A model generated the notes under the pieces. That model worked only from the letters and a program-made list of their open reading frames with translations, had not been told where the DNA came from and searched no databases. The position numbers and the translations under genes are program-made. A stretch of 64,000 bases of DNA from an uncultured Gemmatimonadales bacterium (GTDB taxonomy: Bacteria; Gemmatimonadota; Gemmatimonadetes; Gemmatimonadales; GWC2-71-9). Position 1 is the stretch's first letter; each line of letters begins with the position of its first letter. Below are positions 48,498-57,309 of this stretch, one piece after another. The stretch spans positions 1,216,001 to 1,280,000 of the forward strand of contig CAVUAK010000001.1 of NCBI GenBank assembly GCA_963739455.1. The letters are read 5' to 3'.

Positions 48498-49144
48498 CGT
48501 TTCTTCCCGATCCCGACTCCCAGTAGAAAGTGGACGGCATAGTTGGGAACATCTGCATCGCCATTGGCGACGTTGACGCGGGCCCACCCGATGGATCCCC
48601 TCACATCAGCCGACACAAAGAAGACGCCGACGACGCGGAAGCGGCGGTTGACGCCGAGCTGCACCTGGGCGCCGTCGACGTAGTAGCCGCTCCCGAAGAT
48701 GCCGCCCGCGTGGTCCTTGAACTCGCCGCGGACGATCGACGTCGGGTTGGTGATGACCGGGCCGGCACCGGCGAGGAAGCTCCAGTGTCCGGTGCGGTAG
48801 CCGGCGCCAAGGGAGAAGAGGTTGTAGCCGTAGGTGACCTCGAACTTCTCCACCTCGGGCGGGTTGTTGGTGAGGTAGAGCTTGTGATGCAGGTCGTCGA
48901 AGAAGACTCCCCACCGGCTGAACCAGCGGGAGACGCGGAAGCCGTAGTAGGGCGCGCTCGAGCTCTTGATCGGCTTGGTGGCGTAGTGCGCGGTGAAGCT
49001 GATGTCCGGCTGTCCGGCCTGGCGGATGGTCAGGTTGCTGGGCGCACTGACGGCAGTGCCCAGGAACGCCTCGACGGCCCACTGGGCCTGGAGGGTCGTG
49101 GGCAGCACCAGCAACAGCGTCAGCGCGAGTATCTTCCCCGCCAT
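48491..49144 (-). CDS. Hypothetical outer-membrane beta-barrel protein
   Basis: Signal peptide 'MAGKILALTLLLVLPTTLQAQ'; 'PYYGFR', 'HHKLYL'; alternating beta-strand pattern. Confidence 0.7.
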   Translation of the reverse strand: MAGKILALTLLLVLPTTLQAQWAVEAFLGTAVSAPSNLTIRQAGQPDISFTAHYATKPIKSSSAPYYGFRVSRWFSRWGVFFDDLHHKLYLTNNPPEVEKFEVTYGYNLFSLGAGYRTGHWSFLAGAGPVITNPTSIVRGEFKDHAGGIFGSGYYVDGAQVQLGVNRRFRVVGVFFVSADVRGSIGWARVNVANGDADVPNYAVHFLLGVGIGKKRT

Positions 49145-50111
49145 GCTGTCAGTCACCTTTCTTGGAACGGGCGCTGCCTGTCCAACCGTTGATCGCAACG
49201 TCACCAGTCTCGCGGTGCAGCGGGACGGGGAGATGTTCCTGTTCGACTGCGGCGAGGGCACCCAGCGGCAGATGATGCGCTACGGGGTGGGGTTTTCCTT
49301 CCGCGACATTTTCTTCTCCCACTATCACAGTGACCATATCCTGGGCGTAACCGGGCTGATCCGCACGATGGGCCTGCTCGATCGTACGGCGCCGGTGGTG
49401 CTGTATGGCCCCCGTGGGGCACAGCGGATACTCGGCGGCATGCTCACCGTCGGGATCGAGAAGGCGCGCTTCCCGGTGGAGATCGTCGAGGTGAAGCCGG
49501 GCGACTGCCTGTCCCGGAATGGCTACGAACTGCAGGTCTTCGCGACCGAGCACCGCGCCGACACCGTGGGCTACGCGCTCAAGGAGCATATCCGCCTGGG
49601 CCGCTTCAATCCCGACAAGGCCCGCGAAATGGGCGTGCCGGAGGGGCCGCTCTGGGGCAAGCTCCACAAGGGCGAGACGGTAGTACTCCCAGATGGACGT
49701 CGCCTGGGCCCGGAAGATCTCGTGGGCCAGTCGCGGCCCGGTCGCACGCTGGTGTTCTCCGGCGATACTCGGCCCACGACCTCGCTCATGGAGGCGGCGC
49801 GCGGCGCCGACCTGCTGATCCACGAGGCGACGTTCGGCCACGAGGAGGCCGACCGGGCGGTGGAGACGGGTCACTCGACGGCAAGGGAAGCGGCAACTAT
49901 CGCCCGGGATGCAGGGGTGAGGCAACTGGTGATGACGCACATCAGCGCGCGCTACAACCGGGATGCGCCGGAGCTGCTGGCGGAGGCGCGGGCAATCTTT
50001 CCTGAGACGGCGGTGGCGAGGGATGGCCTTACGGTTGACGTTCCGTATCCGGAACAGCGTGAGGAGGAACGGCAACGGCGTGAGGAGGAACAGCAACAGC
50101 GTGAACGGTGA
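49143..50111 (+). CDS. rnz: Ribonuclease Z
   Basis: 'FLGTGA..PT..RN', 'DCGEGTQRQ', 'SHYHSDH', 'SGDT', 'HEATF', 'THISARY'. Confidence 0.96.
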   Translation: MLSVTFLGTGAACPTVDRNVTSLAVQRDGEMFLFDCGEGTQRQMMRYGVGFSFRDIFFSHYHSDHILGVTGLIRTMGLLDRTAPVVLYGPRGAQRILGGMLTVGIEKARFPVEIVEVKPGDCLSRNGYELQVFATEHRADTVGYALKEHIRLGRFNPDKAREMGVPEGPLWGKLHKGETVVLPDGRRLGPEDLVGQSRPGRTLVFSGDTRPTTSLMEAARGADLLIHEATFGHEEADRAVETGHSTAREAATIARDAGVRQLVMTHISARYNRDAPELLAEARAIFPETAVARDGLTVDVPYPEQREEERQRREEEQQQRER

Positions 50112-50135
50112 ACGATCAACGGTGAACGGGGGTTC

Positions 50136-50732
50136 ATGATGCTGTCACGCACACTGCTCCTCATCGTGGTGGCGGTACTGGTGTGGTCCGGCATTCATCC
50201 GGCGGACCGGTTCACCTGGTGGCTCGAGGTGGCGCCGGTGCTGATCGGGCTCCCGATCGTGATCCTCACCAACAGGCGTTTCCCGCTGACACCACTGCTG
50301 CAGGTGCTCCTCGCAATTCACGCGTGCATCCTGATGGTTGGCGGGCGGTATACCTACGCCGAGGTGCCGCTCGGCTTCTGGTTCCGCGATGCACTCGGCC
50401 TGGCTCGGAACCACTATGACCGGCTCGGTCACTTCGCCCAGGGATTCGTGCCGGCGATCCTGGCGCGCGAGATCCTGTGGCGGACGTCGCCGCTCAAGGG
50501 GAGCAAGTGGTTGCCGTTCATGGTGATCTCGATCTGCCTGGCGTTCAGTGCCACGTATGAGCTGATCGAGTGGTTCACGGCGGAGATGACGGGGAGCGGG
50601 GCGACGGCGTTCCTGGGAACGCAGGGTGATGTGTGGGATACGCAGTGGGACATGTTCATGGCGCTCATTGGGGCGGTGACATCGCTGCTGCTCCTTTCGC
50701 GACTGCACACGCGGCAACTCGAAAATCTCTAG
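50136..50732 (+). CDS. DUF2238/YjdF family membrane protein
   Basis: 'TWWLE', 'GGRYTYAEVP', 'RNHYDRLGHF', 'FLGTQGDVWDTQWDM'. Confidence 0.9.
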   Translation: MMLSRTLLLIVVAVLVWSGIHPADRFTWWLEVAPVLIGLPIVILTNRRFPLTPLLQVLLAIHACILMVGGRYTYAEVPLGFWFRDALGLARNHYDRLGHFAQGFVPAILAREILWRTSPLKGSKWLPFMVISICLAFSATYELIEWFTAEMTGSGATAFLGTQGDVWDTQWDMFMALIGAVTSLLLLSRLHTRQLENL

Positions 50733-50843
50733 TCATTTCGAGGCCGCGTAGCGGCCGAAGCAATCCGGATGCATCGGCACGGAGCCCCGCGCGAAGGCGC
50801 CGGGATTGCTTCGTCGTCGGCTTCGCCGCCTCCTCGCAATGAC
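50732..50843. repeat. Palindromic REP/RPE-like miniature element
   Basis: GTCATTTCGAGG..GAAGCAATCC ... GGATTGCTTC..CCTCGCAATGAC. Confidence 0.75.
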
Positions 50844-50858
50844 ACCTTGGCCTCAACG

Positions 50859-52321
50859 ATGACTCCCAGCACCGTCACCGCTCCGCTCGACGACTACCGC
50901 ATCCATGCCCCGCCCGACTCGAAGCCGCGGCATGGCGGCGAGTTCGTGCTGTACTGGATGCAGACCACCCAGCGGGCGCACGACAACTTCGCGCTCAACT
51001 TTGCCATCGAGCAGGCCGATGCGCTCGGCCTTCCGCTGCAGGTGTATCACGGCCTCCGGCACGACTATCCCTGGGCCAGCGATCGCTTCCACACGTGGAT
51101 CCTGGAGGGTGTAGTCGATCTCTACGCCGGCTTCGCCGCGCGCGGGATCAACTACGCGTTCTGGCTGGACGAGGGGACGGAGAGCTTACGCAGTGGCCGG
51201 CTGGAAACGGAAAGCGGGAAGACGGACGAGAGCGCAACGGGGACGCTGCCGCTCTCGCACACATCTCGCGGAGCTCGCCGACCGCGCCGCGCTGGTGGTC
51301 ACCGATTTCTTCCCGACCTTCATCGTGCCGCGGCAGATACGCGCGCTGCGTCGCGACGTGGCCACACCGGTCATCGCCGTCGATTCGGCGACGCTCGTGC
51401 CGATGGCGTACCACAAGAAGGAGCATGGCAACGCCCGCGGCATCCGGACGGTGCTGATGGATGCGCTGCCGCACTACCTGTGGCCGGTGGACAACCCGTC
51501 GCCCAGGGTGCAGCGCCCGATCGACCTGCCCTTCGACCCGGTCCGGCCCGACGCGCGAGACGATCGCGTCGCTGGTGGCGCGGTGTGACGTCGATCATGC
51601 CGTGGCGCCGTCACCGATGTTCCGCGGCGGCACGGTCGCGGGCCGGGCGCGGCTGCGCGACTTCCTTGCCACCGGGCTCAGGCACTACGCCGACCTGCGG
51701 AATGATCCCAACGAGCCCGATGCGGTGAGCCGGCTCTCGCCGTACCTGCACTTCGGCAACCTCTCCATCCACGAGATCCTGCTCGCGGCGCAGGCCGCCG
51801 GTCCCGCCGACCAGTACGCCAAGTTCCTCGATGAGGCGCTGACCTGGCGCGAGGTGTCGCACAACTTCTGCTACTTCAACCCGAAGCACCGCACGCCCGA
51901 GGGGATGCCGGGCTGGGCGCGGGAGCAGCTGCGGGAGCACGAGTCCGACCCTCGCCCGGAACTCTACAGCGATGAGGATCTCGAGTTCGCGCGCACGGGC
52001 GACGAGCTCTGGAATGCGGCACAGCGCTCGTACCTGCGCGATGGGTGGATGCACAACTACATGCGGATGCTCTGGGGGAAGGCGGTGCTGCAGTGGACCC
52101 CGAACGCCGGTGAGTGCCTGCGGGTGCTCGAGCACCTGAACAACAAGTACTCGCTCGATGGCCGGGACCCGAACAGCTACGGCGGGATCATGTGGACGTT
52201 CGGGAAGTTCGACCGGCCGTTCTACCGGCGCGCCATCTACGGCACAGTGCGCTACCAGTCACTCAAGGCAGCGCGGGACAAGTTCGACGTGCCGCGATAC
52301 ATCGCGTCGTTCAGTCGATAG
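50859..52321 (+). CDS. phr: Class II CPD photolyase (frameshifted)
   Basis: 'FVLYWMQ..QRAHDN', 'SRLSPYLHFG', 'WMHNYMRMLWGK', 'LDGRDPNSY'. Confidence 0.9.
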
Positions 52322-52804
52322 CGCCGACCACGGTCCATCCGCCGCTGCCTGGCGCGGTAATCGTGAGGGTTCCGCCGGTGATCTCCCCGCTGCCGAAGAT
52401 GTCGTCGAAGTCCCCGGTGCCCCCGTTGTAGCTGCTCGGTGCCGACGAAGTTGAAGGTGGTGGGGTTCACCTGGGTGCCGGTGCCGGTGATCGCACCCAC
52501 CATGATGTCAGTCTGGCTCGTGGAGTAGAACGAATCCCCGGTGATGACGAGGGTGTTGTTGGTGGTGTTGGAGGTGACGACGTAGTCGATCACCGCGCCC
52601 ACCTCACCGATCTCGGAGCCCATGTTGCAGTTGGCCACGCACCTCGAACCGCACCACGGTGGCGGGGTCGGTGTCGAGCGTGACGTTGGTGACCTCAATG
52701 ACGTCGCAGCTGCCCGAGAAGGTGAAGGGGCCGTTGAGGTCGTCGTTGGAGCAACTGGCCAGCACGGTGACAGACGAAAGCACGAGCAGCGCGGCCCGGT
52801 TCAT
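52311..52804 (-). CDS. Hypothetical beta-rich lipoprotein (frameshifted)
   Basis: Lipobox 'SVTVLAS-C'; reconstructed end 'YNGGTGDFDDIFGSG..VVGAID*'. Confidence 0.6.
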
Positions 52805-52867
52805 TGGGTCACTCCAAACTGTGGGGAACTGGCTCAAGATCAGGGAATGACGGAATTTAACCTCGAT

Positions 52868-52896
52868 TTGACGGGGCAGGCGGGGTCCCATATCTT
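52868..52896 (+). promoter_or_regulatory. sigma70-type promoter of tRNA-Ala
   Basis: TTGACG-17 nt-TATCTT. Confidence 0.75.
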
Positions 52897-52910
52897 TGCG
52901 GCCCTGTCAC

Positions 52911-52983
52911 GGGGCTGTAGCTCAGCTGGGAGAGCGCTGCATTCGCATTGCAGAGGTCACGGGTTCGATCCCCGTCAGCTCCA
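52911..52983 (+). tRNA. tRNA-Ala (CGC), CCA not encoded
   Basis: Acceptor GGGGCTG/CAGCTCC with G3:U70; anticodon arm CTGCA-TTCGCAT-TGCAG; T loop TTCGATC. Confidence 0.97.
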
Positions 52984-53017
52984 TCGAGTGAAGTTGTTTG
53001 ACCAAGCGAAGTTGCTC

Positions 53018-53054
53018 CAAGACCGCGGGCGCCGACACTGGCCCGCGGTCTTTG
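53018..53054 (+). terminator. Intrinsic terminator after tRNA-Ala
   Basis: AAGACCGCGGGC-loop-GCCCGCGGTCTTT. Confidence 0.7.
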
Positions 53055-53159
53055 CTTGCCGGCAGGCGTGCCGTTCTTACCGGGCGGCTGTCGCCGCTGT
53101 AGGTTATCCGCGCTGAGCATTTCAGGTGGACGTCCGCTGCCGTCACCTCTCACCGGAGA

Positions 53160-53603
53160 ATGATCATGAGTACGTCATCCGCCCCCGGCTCGAACGCTCC
53201 CGAACGCAACTGGTTGCCCTGGGTAATCGGTATTGCCGTCGTGTTGCTCCTGGCCTGGTGGATGCGAGGGTGCGGCAAGATGCCGGAGACGGGGGCAGCG
53301 GCGGACACCACGCAGGCCGTGGACACGGCGCAGGCCATGATGGCGCCGGTACCGGTGGATACGACTCCGGCGCCCGCGCCCGAGCCGGCCATGACGACTC
53401 CCACCCCGGCAGCCAATCCGAGCCCCACTCCACAGGCGACTGCACCGGCGATGGCGCCGGCTGCTGCGCCCAGCGCGAGCACGCCGTCGCGTGCCGACAC
53501 GATCAGGGCCCCGGCCGTGGCACCACCGCCGCCGGCACCAAGGGCAGGTGCGATGGGCGGCCGCGGCGCCCCCGGCAAGAAGCCGCCTCCGACGACCCCG
53601 TAA
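53160..53603 (+). CDS. Hypothetical single-TM Pro/Ala/Thr-rich protein
   Basis: GGAG RBS; 'NWLPWVIGIAVVLLLAWWMRGC' followed by a low-complexity tail. Confidence 0.65.
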   Translation: MIMSTSSAPGSNAPERNWLPWVIGIAVVLLLAWWMRGCGKMPETGAAADTTQAVDTAQAMMAPVPVDTTPAPAPEPAMTTPTPAANPSPTPQATAPAMAPAAAPSASTPSRADTIRAPAVAPPPPAPRAGAMGGRGAPGKKPPPTTP

Positions 53604-53703
53604 GCGCCGCATCCTGACGGCTCCGCGTCCACGCGACATGCGGGCGCGGAGCGTGTGTGGGAGGCACGGTTGTTCTGGCCTCCTCCTTGCCCCTCCCCGG
53701 GGC

Positions 53704-55130
53704 ATGACCACCAATCTCAATGACTTGGCCCCTCCGGCCTGGGCAGTAGCGGGCATTCTGCCAGAGCAGGGTGTCCGACTCTCCGAAGTGGTTTCCGCCC
53801 TCTCATACGCGCTGGATATCACCGAGGGCCAGCGAGAGGGACACGCGGTCCGGAGCTGCGTCATCGGCATGCGGATCGGGCAGATACTCGGCCTGGGTGA
53901 CGCCGAGCGGTCGGACCTCTTCTATGCCCTGCTGCTCAAGGATCTTGGCTGCTCCAGCAACGCCGCCCGTCTCTGCAATCTCTTCGGCGCCGACGACTTC
54001 CGTCTCAAGCAAGCGCACAAGCTGAACGACTGGACCAGCCCGAAGGCGTCGGCGTCATACGCGATGTCGCATGTGCCGGGCGGGAGTGCCATCGCGCGAG
54101 CGTGGCAGGTGCTCGTGATTGGCTGTGAAGGGGCGGGGCAGCGGACGTGAGATGATCGAGACACGCTGTGAGCGCGGCGCCGACATCGCGCGGATGCTCG
54201 ACCTCTCCAACGCCACGGCCGCGGCGATCCGGAACCTGGATGAGCACTGGGATGGCCAGGGCATGCCGATGGGCGTCTCGGGCGACGGGATCCCGCTGCT
54301 CGCGCGGATCTGCTGCCTGGCGCAGACGGTGGAGGTGTTCCTTGCTGCGCATGGCCAGCCGGCAGCCTACGAGATGGCGCGTTCACGAAGCGGCACCTGG
54401 TTCGATCCGGCGCTGGTGAATGCGATGGAGAGCTTCGAGTTTGACGCCGCCTTCTGGGCGAGCATCCGGCAGGAGGATGTGCGTCCACTGGTGGCAGCGC
54501 TGGAGCCGAAGGACCGGATCATCGTGGCCGACGCGAGCCGCATCGACCAGGTGGCCGAGGCATTTGCGCGGGTCATCGATGCCAAGTCACCGTATACCGG
54601 GCAGCATTCCGGTGGCGTGGCACGGATCGCGATCGGGATGGCAGCACACGTCGGGCTGCCGCGCGAGGAGCGGACGCTGCTGCGCCGCGCCGCACTGCTG
54701 CATGACATCGGCAAGCTGGGTGTGTCGAACCTGATCCTCGACAAGCCCGACAAGCTGACGGAAACCGAGATGGCAATGATGCGGCAGCACCCGCGCTACA
54801 CAGACGCGATCCTCGGACGGGTGCGCGCGTTCCGCGACGTGGCGTCAGTCGCTGCGCGGCACCATGAACGGCTGGATGGGACAGGGATATCACAGCGGCC
54901 TGCCGGGAGAGAAGCTGGGACGACTGGACCGGATGCTGGCGGTGGCGGATGTCTGCGAGGCACTCTCGGCGACGCGGCCGTACCGCGCGGCGCTGCCGCC
55001 CGAGGAAGTGCGAAAGATCATTCGGAGCCAGGCGGGCACGGGGCTGTGTGCGGAGGCGGTGGAGATGCTGGAGGGGGTCGGGATTCGGCACGACGTGCGG
55101 AGTCATGTTTCGGCGCCCTCACCCGGCTGA
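53704..55130 (+). CDS. Tandem-HD HD-GYP family phosphohydrolase (frameshifts near 54130 and 54890)
   Basis: 'LSYALDITEG..GHAVRS', 'LLKDLGC', 'EHWDG', 'DAKSPYT..HS', 'LLHDIGK', 'HHERLDG', 'VADVCEAL..RPY'. Confidence 0.88.
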
Positions 55131-55131
55131 C

Positions 55132-56122
55132 CTACCGCCATCCCCGCAGCTGCCTCACGTACTCGTGCAGCGCCAGGAACTTCTCGTACACCACCACGCC
55201 CTTCCGCTTCCGCCCCAGCTCACTGAACAGGTCGCGTAACCGGCCGAACCGGGTGACGTAGAATCGGAACGTCTCCGCGAAGTCTTCCTGCGGATGCTGC
55301 ATCGCGTACGCCGAGACATGATCCACCGGCGCGGTGGCCACCTTCCGGCGCTGGAAGTCGACCCAGGACTCGTCCTTCACCCGATAGGCCTTGTCCACCT
55401 CACCGAAGACGCGGCGGAAGGAATCGGACCGGGTCCATCGCCAGTGATGATAGAGAAAGCTGTGGCCGAGCTCGTGGACGATGAGTCCGGTGAGCATGGT
55501 CCACGGGATCTCGTCCTGGCGGCGACCGGTGGCGTAGCGCTGCTCGATCTCCACCACCTTGGGATACTTGGGATCGACGCCCGACACACCGGGCCGGAGC
55601 AGCACGCGATAGCCCCACGGCTTGATGCGCGACACGAGCGAGCAGTCGTCGCGACCGGGTGAGCGCACGCTGGATGAGGTCCTGCCCGGTGGCATCGTTG
55701 CCGCACCAGGGACACCAGACCATCCAGTCGTCCACGCCGCGGGTGCAGTGGGGACAGTTGCCCTCGAACTTGGTGTCCTCGTTCCATCCCTGGGGCTTGC
55801 CGCACCAGGGGCAGTGCTCCATCGGGTAGCTGACGCGTCCGCCACAGCCCCAGTCACAGCGCGTGTCGAGGCGGAACCCCCTGGGGTTCTTGAGCGGCTC
55901 CTCGGCGGAGACGCCCTCCTCGTAGATGTCGGTGCCGCACCAGGGGCACCAGGAGAAATGGTCGGAGACCATCCATCCGCAGTTGTAGCACTCGGCGCCG
56001 GTGATTCGCTGTGAGTCGGGCCAGCGGAGGGAGCGATCGCAGGTGGAGCAGTAGTTCCAGTATTGCTTGACCGCGTGACCGACGGGACAGCGAGCTTCCG
56101 GGCTGGGAGACCGGCTAGGCAT
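55132..56122 (-). CDS. Four zinc-ribbon repeats fused to a putative zinc-binding metallopeptidase (Peptidase_Mx-like); frameshift near 55640
   Basis: Eight CxxC/CxxH knuckles; 'VHELGH'; 'VSAYA..HPQEDFAETF'. Confidence 0.8.
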
Positions 56123-57170
56123 GCGTATGACCGTGTCGTTCGAGTGCCGTCTCCACCAGCCGCTGGATCAGCGCGGTGTAGGAGAGCCCACTCTTCGCGG
56201 CCGACTCGGCGAAGTCGTGACCATTGCTGATGTAGGGATTGGCGTTGGCCTCGAGCAGCCACACCTGGCCATCGGCCGCGAGCCGCACGTCGCAGCGGGC
56301 GTAGTCGCGGAGCCAGAGGATGCGGAAGGCGGTGCGACAGATGTGCTCGATGGTCTCGCGGGTCTGCGCCGCGACCGGACGGGCGAACTGGTTCCGGATG
56401 CCACGACGGGTGCGGTAGCCCTCGTGCCACTTGGCGGCCTTGGTCGCGATCCGCTCCTCGGGCAGGTTCTTCTCCTTGTCGAACACCAGCTCGGTGAGCG
56501 GCAGGATCTCGAGCTTGTCCCGGTTGCCGATGATGCTCACGTAGAGCTCGCGGCCCTCCACGAACTCCTCGGCGATGGCGGGCTGCTGGAACTGCTGGTG
56601 CACGAACGCCACCCGCTCGGCGAGCGCTTCGGCGTCATGGACCACGGACGCCTGCGAGATCCCCTGCGAGGCGTCCGTCTCCATCGGCTTCACGATCATC
56701 GGGAAGGTGAGGTCGCCGGTATGGGGCGGCGCCTCGCCGGGATAGCAGGTGATGAAGCCGGGCACCTTGATGCCATGGTGGGCCAGGACCTTCTTGCTCA
56801 GGCCCTTGTTGCGCGACACCATGAGGCCGAGCGGCGGCGAGCCGACGTAGCAGACGCCGAGCGCCTCGAGCATGGAGGGGACGACATACTCGAGGTTGTC
56901 GTCACCACCGAAGCCCTCGCAGCAGTTGAAGACGAGCTCCGGCTTCCACTCGGTGATGCGGCGGATGAGCTCGCCGAGATCGCCGCGGAGGCCGATGAGA
57001 TGGATGTCGTGCCCGTTCTCGCGGAGTGCGTGCGCGACCTGGTACTCCATCTCGGGTTCGGGGACATTGATGCGCCCCGCGAACTCGTCGTCCATCTGCT
57101 TGACGTGCTCGTCGTGTCCCCATCCGGCAGGATAGGGCGTGTCGAAGACGATGGCGATGCGGAGTGGCAT
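56115..57170 (-). CDS. D-Ala-D-Ala ligase-like ATP-grasp protein
   Basis: 'VFNCCE', 'NKGLSK', 'FPMIVKP..DASQGI', 'EEFVEGRE', 'YARCDVR', 'LEANANP'. Confidence 0.88.
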   Translation of the reverse strand: MPLRIAIVFDTPYPAGWGHDEHVKQMDDEFAGRINVPEPEMEYQVAHALRENGHDIHLIGLRGDLGELIRRITEWKPELVFNCCEGFGGDDNLEYVVPSMLEALGVCYVGSPPLGLMVSRNKGLSKKVLAHHGIKVPGFITCYPGEAPPHTGDLTFPMIVKPMETDASQGISQASVVHDAEALAERVAFVHQQFQQPAIAEEFVEGRELYVSIIGNRDKLEILPLTELVFDKEKNLPEERIATKAAKWHEGYRTRRGIRNQFARPVAAQTRETIEHICRTAFRILWLRDYARCDVRLAADGQVWLLEANANPYISNGHDFAESAAKSGLSYTALIQRLVETALERHGHTHA

Positions 57171-57187
57171 TGAGTGGAGAATAGCGA

Positions 57188-57258
57188 GGGAACGGGAACA
57201 GCAACAGCGGGGAAGAGGGAAGTGGGAGGAGGAACAGGGAAGAGGCAAGAGGAGCAGG
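57188..57258 (+). repeat. Purine-rich degenerate heptamer array (GGAAGAG/GGAACAG)
   Basis: ggaagag ggaagtg ggaggag gaacag ggaagag gcaagag. Confidence 0.6.
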
Positions 57259-57309
57259 CGCGCTCGGCGCGCAGAGTGCTTAGCATTATGCTACCTAAAC
57301 ACTGGTGCC

